From assembly GCA_021513695.1 (NCBI GenBank), contig CP084166.1:416001-480000 (forward strand): 64,000 nucleotides of DNA, in the 5' to 3' direction. Below the pieces are notes generated by a model. That model did not search any database and was not told the origin of the DNA. It worked only from the letters and a program-made list of their open reading frames with translations. Positions 45,536 to 56,111 of this stretch are shown piece after piece. The position numbers and the translations under genes are program-made. The DNA comes from Candidatus Heimdallarchaeum aukensis (lineage in GTDB: Archaea; Asgardarchaeota; Heimdallarchaeia; Heimdallarchaeales; Heimdallarchaeaceae). Each line of letters starts with the position of its first letter. The stretch's first letter is position 1.

Positions 45536-48505
45536 ATGAAAATAAAATCCATGAAATATAAAAAATATTTTTTCTTTGTACTTTTCACGGTCTTAGTTGT
45601 ATTCGCTTATCCACGAAGCTTTTACAACGAAGTTGAAGCAGGATATACACAAACAACTCCTATCAACATATATTCTGATTCAGACTTAGAAAGTTATTCA
45701 TTTCCTGGTACAGGAACTGAAGCTGACCCTTATATTATAGAAAATTATAACATCACAGTTACTAGTGGTTATGCTATTTCAATTAGAGCAACAACAAAAT
45801 ATGTCATTATAAGAAATAACTATATTATAGGGTCTGATACTGGCAATGGAATGTACATTTTTAGTGTTGCACCAAACACTGTTCATATAATAAATAACAC
45901 CGTTGTCAATGCTTATACTGGAATTTATGTAAATACTGAAGGACAAATGATAATAGAGAATAATACTGTAACAGGAGGAGAGTCTGCCTATTATTTCTCT
46001 TCAACTGGAAATATTAATTTTACTAACAATAAGGCAATCAATCCTAAAAAATATGGTTTAAGAGCTTATAATTTAAATAACTTCAGAATGGCTAATAGTA
46101 CTTTAATAGGCGCTGGAGTAGGTTTTTCTACAAGTAGTACATCCTTTTATGATAATTACTATTTTGATAACAATTCAATTAATAACAAGCCTTTGATGGT
46201 AGTTTATTCTTCATCAGATCTTGTTTTTGACAAAAATCAAAATGGTCAGATATTAATTATAGACAGCACGAACATCACAGTCAAAAATTATGTCTCAAGC
46301 GAAAATACTTTTGGAGTTTATTCCTACTATTCTGATAAAATAACAATAGAGGATAGTTTTTTTTCAAAAGCAGTTTCTTCAATTAAAGCAGAATATTCTT
46401 CAAATATTGAAATAAAGAATGTAAAAATTAGTAACACATACGAGTATGGAATGAATATTCGCAATATAGATGGAATTTCGATTGAAGATACTATAGTTGA
46501 AGATTCTAATAAAGGGATATATGCAAGAGGAATAAATAATTTAGAAATAACAAATACTACTTCCACTAATCATGAAAATGATGGCTTGTACCTGTGGTAT
46601 GTAAATAATGCAAATATTTCTAGTTCGTTTTTCGCAAATTGTAAGAACGGATTAGTTGCAAGAAGTTCAACTAACATAAGATTAGAAGAAAACTCAGCTT
46701 CAAACTGTAGTTATACAAGTTTTACTCTAATTTATCTTGAGAATGTAACAGTAAAAGATAACTTAATGGAATCTGGGATAAAACTTAACCATTACAACGT
46801 TGAATGGAGCTACGAATTCAGTAATAATACAATAAAAGGAAAACCTTTAGGTGTTTTTTATAATAAAACAGGGTTAACTATTGACTCAACTTATTCGCAA
46901 TTAATACTAGTAAATTGTACAGACTTTATAATCAATAATGCGTATTTTTCTCAAGTAGTAAGAGGAATTTACATTCTTTACGGAGAAAATATTTCTATAA
47001 ATAATATCTCGATGTACAACGTCTTTGAAGGTGGACTATTAGTAGAGTATTCCAAGAAAATAAGCATTCAAGATTTAAATGTAAATGGAGTAATAGGTAA
47101 TGAAGCTTATGGTATTTACACTTATAATGTAACTTCGGTGTTTCTTAATCATTCTATTTTTACACTGTGCGGAGATTATCCTTTTTATGGAGAAGAGATT
47201 GCAGATGCTATAATTTCTTATAATATATTTAATAATAGCACTAATAATGTGTTTTACATTTACAATGGCTTTAATCTTTCTATTTTTGGAAATGATTTTT
47301 TGTTTAATGATTATGCACTTTATGTTGAATTTTCAAACGAAATAGAATTCTACAACCTTGAATTAGAAATGGGAAATTGTTACTCTGAATGGAACGGTTC
47401 AACTAGATATCCTATTGAAACAGATAGTGGCTACATTTATGATGAATTTCCATTAAATGATACTGACAGAGATAAGCTTAACGACAGTTTAGAAGTGTAT
47501 AGTTACAATACTGACCCATTTCTTGCAGATACAGATTACGATATACTCAGTGATTATGACGAAATAATGAACTATGGAACTGACCCAAACTCGGTAGATT
47601 CAGATAATGATAATATGCCAGACAAATGGGAAATAGAAAATAATCTTAACCCAATCGAAGATGACTCCTCAGAAGATCCTGACGATGATGATTTGTCTAA
47701 CATAGAAGAATATAATTCACACACCAATCCCAATTCTGCTGATACAGATTCTGATGGTATGCCTGATGGTTGGGAAGTGGAAAATGAATTAAATCCTTTG
47801 ATAGATGATGCTGATGAAGACCCAGATAATGATGATCTAACTAATTTAGAAGAATACTCTAATAATACTGACCCTAACTCTGCAGATACAGATTCTGACG
47901 GTATGCCTGACAAATGGGAGGTAGATAATAATCTTGACCCAACTAAAGATGATGCTGATGAAGACCCAGATAATGATGATCTAACTAATTTAGAAGAATA
48001 CACTAACAACACAGACCCTAACACCAATGACACAGATGGTGATGGTATGTTTGATGGTTGGGAAGTAGATAATAGTCTTGATCCTCTAACTGATGATGCT
48101 GATGAAGATCCTGATAATGATGGACTAACAAATCTAGAAGAACATACAAACAATACTAACCCAAATGATGAAGATACGGATTCAGATGGTATGCCTGATG
48201 GATGGGAAGTGGAAAATGGATTAAATCCTCTGATAGATGATGCTGAGGAAGACCCAGATAATGATAGATTAACTAACATACAAGAATACTTGAATAACAC
48301 AGATCCCAACAATCCAGATACTGATGGAGATGGATATTCAGACTCTGAAGAAATAGAGAAAGGCTCTAACCCTACCGATGCTACAGATAAACCTCTTAAT
48401 TTGGGATTGATTCTTGGTTTATCCATTGGTATTCCAACTGTTCTTATTGCAGTCTTCTTATTTATAATGAAGAAAAAAGGTTTACTCTTCTTTAAGAAGA
48501 AGTAA
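45536..48505 (+). CDS. Large surface protein: extended right-handed beta-helix, five MPDxWE/TSP3-like Ca-binding modules, C-terminal TM anchor
   Basis: 989 aa. It has a signal-like N-terminus and many PbH1-type repeats (IINNTVVNAYTGIYV, IENNTVTGGESAYYF, ...). Five 48-aa modules follow (DTDSDGMPDGWEVENELNPLIDDADEDPDNDDLTNLEEY). The C-terminal TM is LILGLSIGIPTVLIAVFLFIM, followed by KKK. Confidence 0.75.
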   Translation: MKIKSMKYKKYFFFVLFTVLVVFAYPRSFYNEVEAGYTQTTPINIYSDSDLESYSFPGTGTEADPYIIENYNITVTSGYAISIRATTKYVIIRNNYIIGSDTGNGMYIFSVAPNTVHIINNTVVNAYTGIYVNTEGQMIIENNTVTGGESAYYFSSTGNINFTNNKAINPKKYGLRAYNLNNFRMANSTLIGAGVGFSTSSTSFYDNYYFDNNSINNKPLMVVYSSSDLVFDKNQNGQILIIDSTNITVKNYVSSENTFGVYSYYSDKITIEDSFFSKAVSSIKAEYSSNIEIKNVKISNTYEYGMNIRNIDGISIEDTIVEDSNKGIYARGINNLEITNTTSTNHENDGLYLWYVNNANISSSFFANCKNGLVARSSTNIRLEENSASNCSYTSFTLIYLENVTVKDNLMESGIKLNHYNVEWSYEFSNNTIKGKPLGVFYNKTGLTIDSTYSQLILVNCTDFIINNAYFSQVVRGIYILYGENISINNISMYNVFEGGLLVEYSKKISIQDLNVNGVIGNEAYGIYTYNVTSVFLNHSIFTLCGDYPFYGEEIADAIISYNIFNNSTNNVFYIYNGFNLSIFGNDFLFNDYALYVEFSNEIEFYNLELEMGNCYSEWNGSTRYPIETDSGYIYDEFPLNDTDRDKLNDSLEVYSYNTDPFLADTDYDILSDYDEIMNYGTDPNSVDSDNDNMPDKWEIENNLNPIEDDSSEDPDDDDLSNIEEYNSHTNPNSADTDSDGMPDGWEVENELNPLIDDADEDPDNDDLTNLEEYSNNTDPNSADTDSDGMPDKWEVDNNLDPTKDDADEDPDNDDLTNLEEYTNNTDPNTNDTDGDGMFDGWEVDNSLDPLTDDADEDPDNDGLTNLEEHTNNTNPNDEDTDSDGMPDGWEVENGLNPLIDDAEEDPDNDRLTNIQEYLNNTDPNNPDTDGDGYSDSEEIEKGSNPTDATDKPLNLGLILGLSIGIPTVLIAVFLFIMKKKGLLFFKKK
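47588..48307 (+). repeat. Five tandem 144-nt coding repeats (48-aa acidic Ca-binding modules)
   Basis: The period was measured from gatacagattctga at 47741 and 47885, a 144-nt offset. Five protein-level copies were read. The copies are diverged, not identical. Confidence 0.75.
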
Positions 48506-48570
48506 GTTCTTTATTTTTTTTACAATTTTACTATTTTGCTAATTTTCAACAAAAAAGATAAGAAAAAAAG

Positions 48571-49467
48571 TTAGTAGAATTCTTTAGTTATAATTTCTAT
48601 TTGTTCATCACTTAAGCCTAGTTTGTCATGAGCAGGAATATATCCTTGGTTTAGAGCGAAATCTCTTTCTTCGTATGTTGTTTTATTTTCAATCTGGTAG
48701 AATATTCCTATAGGTAATTGATCTCTCACAAATCTCTGATTAGCCAAATCTATAGCAGCATGAAAGTCTTCTTTATCGTGGTCTGTTTCTTCTATTTTGT
48801 AAACTCTTGCTCTAAAGAAATCAAAAGTTTGGTTTCTGTTGAAAGTTATACATGGGCTAAAAACGTCAACAAATGCAAAACCTCTATGTTCTATTGCCTC
48901 TTTAAAGATATATTGTAAATGTTTAGCATCACCACTAAATCCTCTTGCTACAAAAGTTGCTCCTGCAGAAATTGCTAAAGAAACTGGATTCAAGGGGTTT
49001 TCTATGCTTCCTCTTGGAGTAGTCTTTGTTAATGTTCCTACTGGCGAAGTTGGAGAGGCTTGCCCTGTTGTTAGACCATAAATGAAATTGTTAGATACAA
49101 TTGTTATAATGTCCACATTTCTTCTACAAGCATGTAAAAAGTGATTTCCTCCTATCCCATAAATATCTCCATCTCCTCCATAAACAAGAACAGTTAATTT
49201 GGGATTAGCTAGTCTTACACCCGTCGCAACAGGAATTCCTCTTCCATGCACCGTCTGTATTCCATAAACATTTAAGAAATTGGGCATATGAGAAGAACAA
49301 CCAATTCCTGAAGCTAAAACAACTTCTTCAGGAGGAATCTCAAGTTCAGCTAGAGCAGCTCTTAAAGCTCTCCATTGGGCGAAGTTACCACAACCAGGGC
49401 ACCATGTAGGCCTAAAATTGCTTTTATAATCGTCAGCTTTATATTTTCTTTCACTCATTTTTAACAA
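48571..49467 (-). CDS. korB: 2-oxoacid:ferredoxin oxidoreductase beta subunit (TPP-binding)
   Basis: 298 aa. It has TWCPGCGNF, the TPP motif GGDGDIYGIGGNH, and a 17-nt overlap with the upstream alpha subunit gene. Confidence 0.85.
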   Translation of the reverse strand: MLKMSERKYKADDYKSNFRPTWCPGCGNFAQWRALRAALAELEIPPEEVVLASGIGCSSHMPNFLNVYGIQTVHGRGIPVATGVRLANPKLTVLVYGGDGDIYGIGGNHFLHACRRNVDIITIVSNNFIYGLTTGQASPTSPVGTLTKTTPRGSIENPLNPVSLAISAGATFVARGFSGDAKHLQYIFKEAIEHRGFAFVDVFSPCITFNRNQTFDFFRARVYKIEETDHDKEDFHAAIDLANQRFVRDQLPIGIFYQIENKTTYEERDFALNQGYIPAHDKLGLSDEQIEIITKEFY

Positions 49468-51202
49468 TCTCCTTTACTTTCTCTACTATTTGGCTCGGAA
49501 CAATAAGTTCTCCATCATATCTTCGCAAGTGATGCTTGATATCAAAAGCAGTTTGCATACAAATATACTGCTGCATCTGTCCAGAAAAGTTCTGTTCTAT
49601 AATCAAAACTTCTTTAGCATTCTCCAAAATTTCTTTAACTTTTTCTTTTTGGAAGGGGAGAATGTATTTTATGTGAAGATGATTACTTTTTATTCCTTCT
49701 TCTTCCAGAAGAATTCGAGCTTCTCTAACAATATTTATTGTTGAGCCCCAAGAAACAAGTGTTATATCTGCATCTTTGTCTCCTTCGAAAATAGGTTCTG
49801 GTATCTCTTTTGCTACTTGCTCCAGTTTTCTAGCTCTTTTTTCAACCATTGCATTTCTAATAGGTAGAGTATCAGGAAGACCTGCTAAAGTTGACGCAAT
49901 AGAAAAACCTTTTTCATTTCTTTCACTAGAACCTGTAAAGTGCATACCTTTGGGTGTTCCTGGAAGTGTTCTGGGTGAAACTCCACTTTCTGTAATTTTA
50001 TATCTGAGATAATTGTCATCCACTTTGTCTAGAATACCATATCTTTTTGTTTTGTGTTTTAAATTGAGTTTTCTAACTGTAGCTATTCCTTCTGATAAAT
50101 AGAGATCCATTAAAACTATTACTACCATTTGATATTTTTCAGCTAATTCTAAAGATTCTACACCCACGTTAAAAGCATCTTCCATATCATATGGAGCGAT
50201 TATAATCTTAGGAAAGTCTCCTTGACTTGCACCATAAGCTTGGAACAAATCAGCTTGTTCGGTTTTTGTTGCCATTCCAGTTGAAGGACCAGCACGCATG
50301 GAGTTGATTATAACCAAAGGAACTTCTTGAATGGCAGCCATCCCTACAATCTCTGTCATGAGAGCAAATCCTCCTCCAGAAGTCCCCGTAGCAGCTCGTG
50401 CACCACAATAAGAAGCTCCTACAGCCATTCCTACTGCTGCTATTTCATCTTCAGTTTGTTTAACGATAATTCCTAATTTAGGTAGATATCTTGTGAGATA
50501 ATGAATAATTGAAGTCGCTGGAGTCATGGGGTATCCAGAATAATATTTCAAGCCACCTGTTAAAAGACCTAAAGCTAAAGCTTCATTTCCAGTTATGACC
50601 ATCTGTTTTCCTTTTTCAAACTTAAGTTTTTTAGATACCTTTTCCCAGTTATTGCTTTTAGCAAATTCAATTCCTAAATCTAAAGCTTTATAGTTTATTT
50701 CTACTACTTCTTTTCCTTTGTAACCAAATTGCTCTTCTAAAACTTCTTTAATTAGTTCAGTATCTAAACCTAGTATATGTCCTAAAGCTCCAAAAACAAT
50801 AATGTTCTTAATTACAGAAAGCTTAGAAACTTGCTTTGCTAATTCTTTCATGGGTATGGGTAATTTCTCTATTTTGTCAGAAGTGTAACCCAACTCATCT
50901 AAATCAACATAGTCTTGATCATAAACTATCTTTGCATTATCGTTGACCCTAGGAAGGTGTAATGCTGCAACATGTTTATTGAGCAAAACAATTATGTCTG
51001 CTTCTTCACCAACAGAATAAACTTTCTCGTCGCTGAATCTTAACTGATATTCGTTATATCCTCCTCGAATAACAGATTGATAACTTCTAAATCCTACTAG
51101 ATTTAGATTGTGTTTTTTAATTATTTTAGCAAAAAGCCAACCTAAAGAGACCAAACCATCTCCAGCACTACCAACAAATCTCACTGTAATATCTTGATTC
51201 AT
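49451..51202 (-). CDS. korA: 2-oxoacid:ferredoxin oxidoreductase alpha subunit (fused gamma-alpha type)
   Basis: 583 aa. The N-terminus is a gamma-like domain (ITVRFVGSAGDGLVSLG). It is followed by the alpha domain GNEALALGLLTGGLKYYSGYPMTPATSI and GARAATGTSGGGFALM. Confidence 0.85.
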   Translation of the reverse strand: MNQDITVRFVGSAGDGLVSLGWLFAKIIKKHNLNLVGFRSYQSVIRGGYNEYQLRFSDEKVYSVGEEADIIVLLNKHVAALHLPRVNDNAKIVYDQDYVDLDELGYTSDKIEKLPIPMKELAKQVSKLSVIKNIIVFGALGHILGLDTELIKEVLEEQFGYKGKEVVEINYKALDLGIEFAKSNNWEKVSKKLKFEKGKQMVITGNEALALGLLTGGLKYYSGYPMTPATSIIHYLTRYLPKLGIIVKQTEDEIAAVGMAVGASYCGARAATGTSGGGFALMTEIVGMAAIQEVPLVIINSMRAGPSTGMATKTEQADLFQAYGASQGDFPKIIIAPYDMEDAFNVGVESLELAEKYQMVVIVLMDLYLSEGIATVRKLNLKHKTKRYGILDKVDDNYLRYKITESGVSPRTLPGTPKGMHFTGSSERNEKGFSIASTLAGLPDTLPIRNAMVEKRARKLEQVAKEIPEPIFEGDKDADITLVSWGSTINIVREARILLEEEGIKSNHLHIKYILPFQKEKVKEILENAKEVLIIEQNFSGQMQQYICMQTAFDIKHHLRRYDGELIVPSQIVEKVKEIVKNE

Positions 51203-51344
51203 ACACTTATTCGCTCTTCTAAGCTTCTAAGAGCACATAATTTAAAGAGATAAAAAATCTTGCTAAATGGATATGATTTATTTTAGATCAACATTTGTCA
51301 CTTAAAATTACTTAAAACTTAAGAACAATAATGCATATTTTCAT

Positions 51345-52313
51345 TTGGTGGTTTTTATTACAAATGAAAACACTTTTCGCACAGAAAAAGAAAATGAACT
51401 TGGTTTCGAACAATTTTTGATAAAAAAACCTTCAGTTTTTAGGTGGATAATAGTTTTCTTAATTACACTTGGTTCTAATTTACTTTGGGTAGCGCTTACA
51501 GAAATTCCACTAATGCTATTACTTTTTGTTGTAGGTGGGGTAATTACTATTTCAATCTTCTTTTGGTCTGTAACAGGTCAATGGAGTGTAAGAATACTAG
51601 TTCTAAAAAATATTGAACGTATATCGGTTGGAAAAATGGGTTTTTTTCTTAAATATTCTATGAAGTTCCTTGGAATGCATTTTGATAAAAATAATAAATA
51701 CTTTTTAGAACGAACAAGCTATTTTAGAGATTATAATAATATAAAAGAATTATTTTATGATAGACTTCTTGACCCTGTTTCTTCGTCACTTGGATTAGGT
51801 TTCTTAATAATAACTTTTGTCAAACCATTCATCACTACTGTTCCACAAGCAATGATTATAGCAAACTTCGTTCTTCTTACAACTCCATTACTGGCAGGTT
51901 TTATAATTCCATTCTATTGGATAATAAAAGATTCTAGAATAAGATACATAAATGAGAAAAACGACATTTTCAAAGCAGAAGAAAATATAAAGAAGAGTAC
52001 ACTTAACAAGTTTTTAGGTTTTTCAGGTTTTGTTGCAGGAATTAATTTCCTACTAGAAAGTTTGCCAGAACATCCAGCATTTGCTAAAGTTAACTCGACT
52101 TTGGTTTTATTCATACTTTCAGTAATCGTCCTTCTGTTCATAAGCTTGATAGTTGCAGGAATAAACCTTTTTGTAGCAACAGTATATCTAACAACAAAAC
52201 ATCAAAAATTAGTAAATGAATTAAGAAATAAAATTACAAATTTTATTCCTGTAGGAGAAACTAATGTTTTACTAAATGATGAAAGAAAATCAGAAGTTAA
52301 CTTTCAAAGATAG
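51345..52313 (+). CDS. Hypothetical polytopic membrane protein
   Basis: 322 aa with a TTG/GTG-type start and several long hydrophobic helices. No recognised motif. Confidence 0.4.
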   Translation: MVVFITNENTFRTEKENELGFEQFLIKKPSVFRWIIVFLITLGSNLLWVALTEIPLMLLLFVVGGVITISIFFWSVTGQWSVRILVLKNIERISVGKMGFFLKYSMKFLGMHFDKNNKYFLERTSYFRDYNNIKELFYDRLLDPVSSSLGLGFLIITFVKPFITTVPQAMIIANFVLLTTPLLAGFIIPFYWIIKDSRIRYINEKNDIFKAEENIKKSTLNKFLGFSGFVAGINFLLESLPEHPAFAKVNSTLVLFILSVIVLLFISLIVAGINLFVATVYLTTKHQKLVNELRNKITNFIPVGETNVLLNDERKSEVNFQR

Positions 52314-52551
52314 TTTTTTTTTTATTTTTAATTTTGTTATGATCTTAGACAATTAAAATATTCTTTTAAACTTTCGTTACAATATTTGATGAATTTGGGA
52401 AATTTGTATATTCTAATCCAATTAAACAAGAGTAAATAATAAAATTGCAATGAAAATCAATTACAATTAACTTTTGTTTAATTAAAGCTAGAAAATAGAT
52501 TATAATTTGTAAAAGATTGTTTAGGAAGTCTAAATAAAAAAAGAAAGGAAA

Positions 52552-54459
52552 TTAGTAGATTTTTTTCAGTTGTTTAAGGAGAGGAGTATAGATATCATAC
52601 TCTTCTTTTAGATCTTTTGCTATTATTAGTTCTTTCAGATTCTGTGCAGATTGTAAAATAAAAGTGGGTGCAGTACTCTCAATTAATGGATATTGTTTTG
52701 ATTTATATCCTGCTAAAACAGTATTGTTCTTTAGGCAAATAGAAGCCAATAGTTTAATTTCCTCTTCTTCGTTTAGTTCTTCTCCTTTTTCAAATAACCA
52801 GTTTATAGAACCTTTTTCTGCTATACTGCCTACCCAGATTAATAGAAGATAATCATAGATATCGTTAGGAAAGCCTAAACTGTTGTATTTGTTAAAAACA
52901 GAGAATAAATTAGCAAATTGTTCTACTTCTTTATTATCTTTACTTACTATCATTATAGAGATAAGAAAATCTTTTTGAACATCTGTGAGAGTATCTAAAA
53001 GCTCTTTCTTTATCTTTAACAATTCATCTTTCTTCTCTTTAATTTCTTCATAACTTTCATTGTTTATTTTGTAATTTCCAATTATCTCATCAAGTTGTTT
53101 TTTCCTTTCTTCTTCTAAACCTTCTAAATCTTTTGTATAATTTTCAATAATCTCTTTTAGAGTTTCTTTAGCTTCTTCTACTTCTTTCTCTGTAACTTCT
53201 GCATTAGTGATGGTCTTTCCTTGCATTGCAGCTTTTGTCTGTTTTTGCCAACTAAGTGCGTCTTTTAAACTTTTATCGTTTAATAAAGAGTTGATCATCT
53301 TTGCAACTATGTATTTAATTTCAACGATGGAATTAGCATCTCTTGTAGCTATTGAAAGAAATAGGTGTAAAACATTAGGCATCAAATTATAAGGATCAAT
53401 TTGTTGATTTCCTCTCAATGCACTAAAATTAAAGTTAGATAATGCCCATTCATATAAAGAACTTCCAACGAAGTTTGAAGGGGGATTAAGGGCAGAAAAT
53501 ATAGGTAAAGAAGTATACATGTTACCTATTGACAATAAAACATTATGCCAACCAAAGGTCGAAGAATCAAATTCTTTAATTCTTATTTCTTTTCCAGAGA
53601 TAAGGTATTCTTCAGTCAAATAATAAATTAAATGTTTATTTAAGCTGACTGAAGATAGAGAATCTGCTTCATATTTGGTCTCATTACTGTTTAATACAGA
53701 TATTAGCTCTATATTGTTAAATAATTCTGCTTGATTAGCGTCATCAAGTATTTCTTTTATTGATTCTTGGTTTTCAGGGTATAATGCTTCTAGAATGTGG
53801 TATATCCAGTGAATAATGTAAGCATAAACATTCTCATTTTGTTTAAGCACTTTTCTCCATTCAAACCATTGTTTTAGTCTATTTAGATAGATTTCACTCA
53901 TCTTTTCAATATCTGAATCACTTAATTCTTTTGTTGAATAACGCAATGGAAAGATTGAAACAGGTTCCTTATTATTAAACAGCACTTCTTTAATGTCTTT
54001 AATTAGTGTGTTAATAATTAGTTCAAGATCCATAATTGCATAACGTGAGATTACTTTTGCTTCTTTAAAATAATCAAAAGAGCAGCTTCCATTTCTCAAG
54101 AAAATGGGTTCATGAATGTAACTAACAATTTTATCAAAGAATTCTTTCCCCTTTTCATCTAATTGAGCAATAAGTTCTGATACTTCTTGAAAGATATAGG
54201 CATTAAGAAAAGCGTTAAACGCTGTTCCAATAATTTTTGCATTTGAAGCATAACTCTTAATAATTTTATTAATCTCTGGACTATTCTTTTTTATTTTACT
54301 TAACTCAAAGTCATCTGGAATCTTAACTAGTTCTTTATTACTATCTCGTGGCCTAAGAAATTTTCCTTCACTTTGAAAGACAAGTAGTTTGTTCTTTGTA
54401 TCCAAACCAAAAATAACTTCCTTGTCTAGCAATTTTCCTTCAAAAATTTTTATATCCAT
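52552..54459 (-). CDS. Large cytoplasmic hypothetical protein with a central coiled coil
   Basis: 635-aa uninterrupted ORF with no TM segment. It has a K/E-rich coiled-coil segment (EVTEKEVEEAKETLKEIIENYTKDLEGLEEERKKQLDEII). I recognise no motif. Confidence 0.5.
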   Translation of the reverse strand: MDIKIFEGKLLDKEVIFGLDTKNKLLVFQSEGKFLRPRDSNKELVKIPDDFELSKIKKNSPEINKIIKSYASNAKIIGTAFNAFLNAYIFQEVSELIAQLDEKGKEFFDKIVSYIHEPIFLRNGSCSFDYFKEAKVISRYAIMDLELIINTLIKDIKEVLFNNKEPVSIFPLRYSTKELSDSDIEKMSEIYLNRLKQWFEWRKVLKQNENVYAYIIHWIYHILEALYPENQESIKEILDDANQAELFNNIELISVLNSNETKYEADSLSSVSLNKHLIYYLTEEYLISGKEIRIKEFDSSTFGWHNVLLSIGNMYTSLPIFSALNPPSNFVGSSLYEWALSNFNFSALRGNQQIDPYNLMPNVLHLFLSIATRDANSIVEIKYIVAKMINSLLNDKSLKDALSWQKQTKAAMQGKTITNAEVTEKEVEEAKETLKEIIENYTKDLEGLEEERKKQLDEIIGNYKINNESYEEIKEKKDELLKIKKELLDTLTDVQKDFLISIMIVSKDNKEVEQFANLFSVFNKYNSLGFPNDIYDYLLLIWVGSIAEKGSINWLFEKGEELNEEEEIKLLASICLKNNTVLAGYKSKQYPLIESTAPTFILQSAQNLKELIIAKDLKEEYDIYTPLLKQLKKIY

Positions 54460-54639
54460 TTTTTTCCCCTTTTCTCGCTATTAATGAACATTTTGCAAAG
54501 TTTTTATTTGTTTGCTTGTATGACATACAATTTTAACTTCAAATAATAATTCTAAATGTTAATTTAAATTAGGTCCCTTTAAAAAATCTTAAAAAATAAA
54601 TAAGTTATTCATATTATCGATTATACAGAGAATCTAGAA

Positions 54640-55938
54640 ATGAATAAAGTAAATTATCTTTCAGAGAAAGGAATGTTCATCGAAAAAAATGTTAATCTTT
54701 CAGCAGGAACTCTTGCTTGGGGAAGTAAGGCAAGACAAAGAGCTAAAGAAGTTAAGGATTTTATAGACGCAACAATTGGCTCGGCAAAAAGTGATGAAGG
54801 AAAGTTATTTGCTTTTAAAACCTTTGAAGAGGAATTAAAAGGGTTACCAGCAGATAAAATGTTTGGTTATGCAAACGTTAGAGGACAAAAAAGATTTACA
54901 AGAGCTTGGATGGAAGATACATTAGAAACCTTTCCAAGTGAATATAGAGAAAAATCTCGTTTATTATCAACAGAACCTATAACAACTTGCGGCGGGATTA
55001 CAGGAGGATTAACTATTGCAGGTCAACTCTTTTTCGATAAAACAGATAATTTACTTGTTCCTAATTCAAGATGGAGTAATGTAGATAATTGTTTCTTCAA
55101 AAACCAACAGATAACAGAATTAAATTATAATCTGATTGACATAGAAGGAAATCTATCTTTTGATGACCTTATAGAGAAAATTAAACTTCTAGAAAAAGAA
55201 AATAAAAAAATTGGTATATACTTTAATTTTCCAAACAATCCCAGTGGTATAAGCCCCACTTTATCACAAATAAAAGAAATTCAAGAAACTTTAGAAGAAG
55301 TAAAAGTTCCAACAGTAATTATTTTAGACGATGCTTATGAAGGATATGTCTATTCTGATGATGTTTTAGATCATTCGATTTACCCTTATTTAATCGGGCT
55401 AAATGAGAATGTCCTAACAATTAAAGTAGACGGTATGAGTAAAAGATATTCTGCTTATGGAGTAAGATTAGGTACAATTATGCTAGGTTTTGGAAAAGAA
55501 GTTGATGAGAAAGAAAAAGAAGATTATCGCGAGCTGATAGCTAAAGGTGCAAGGTCTTTAACTTCTAGTTCTCCAAGAGGTCCTCAAGAAGCTTTTGCCA
55601 ACATTTCAGAAGACAAAAAGAAGAAAGAACAACTGAAAAAAGAAAAAGAAGAATTAAAGAATCTATTAAAAGAGAGGTATTTAGAGATAAAAGCTTTAAT
55701 AAAAGATAAAGAGCATGATACTATTCACCCTGTCGACTTTAATAGTGGTTTCTTCGGTTATTGGATAATTAAGAACGATCTTCTATCATTCGATTTAGGA
55801 GAAAAGTTGTTAGAAAGAGGTTTAGGAACTGTACCATTTTACAACAATACAACAGGATTAAATGGTATAAGATTAGCTTTTTGCTCAATAAAAAGAGATG
55901 ATCTCGAAAAAGCAATTGATATTCTTTATTCAATCTAA
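54640..55938 (+). CDS. Class I/II pyridoxal-phosphate-dependent aminotransferase
   Basis: 432 aa. It has NFPNNPSGISPT, DDAYEGYVY, and a PLP-lysine context GMSKRYSAYGVRLG (SKxxxxxGxRxG). Confidence 0.7.
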   Translation: MNKVNYLSEKGMFIEKNVNLSAGTLAWGSKARQRAKEVKDFIDATIGSAKSDEGKLFAFKTFEEELKGLPADKMFGYANVRGQKRFTRAWMEDTLETFPSEYREKSRLLSTEPITTCGGITGGLTIAGQLFFDKTDNLLVPNSRWSNVDNCFFKNQQITELNYNLIDIEGNLSFDDLIEKIKLLEKENKKIGIYFNFPNNPSGISPTLSQIKEIQETLEEVKVPTVIILDDAYEGYVYSDDVLDHSIYPYLIGLNENVLTIKVDGMSKRYSAYGVRLGTIMLGFGKEVDEKEKEDYRELIAKGARSLTSSSPRGPQEAFANISEDKKKKEQLKKEKEELKNLLKERYLEIKALIKDKEHDTIHPVDFNSGFFGYWIIKNDLLSFDLGEKLLERGLGTVPFYNNTTGLNGIRLAFCSIKRDDLEKAIDILYSI

Positions 55939-56111
55939 CTCTTTTCTTTTTTTTAATTTCTTTTTCACTTTTCTACTTTTCCACTTTTAAAAAAAGATAG
56001 TTGTTGACCAAATAAGTAATTTATTACCCAATAGAACAAATTTAAGATGAGTCAATATTCTATTTAATTTTAGAAAAAATTTATAAAATAGCTATTAAAC
56101 AAAAAGTTGAA

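Noticed and set aside
47572-48426. 284-aa Ser-rich ORF on the minus strand
   Set aside because: It lies entirely antisense to the 144-nt acidic repeats of the 989-aa surface protein gene. Its periodic low-complexity Ser/Gly/Leu sequence is the mirror image of the GAT/GAC-rich coding repeats, so it is an artefact.
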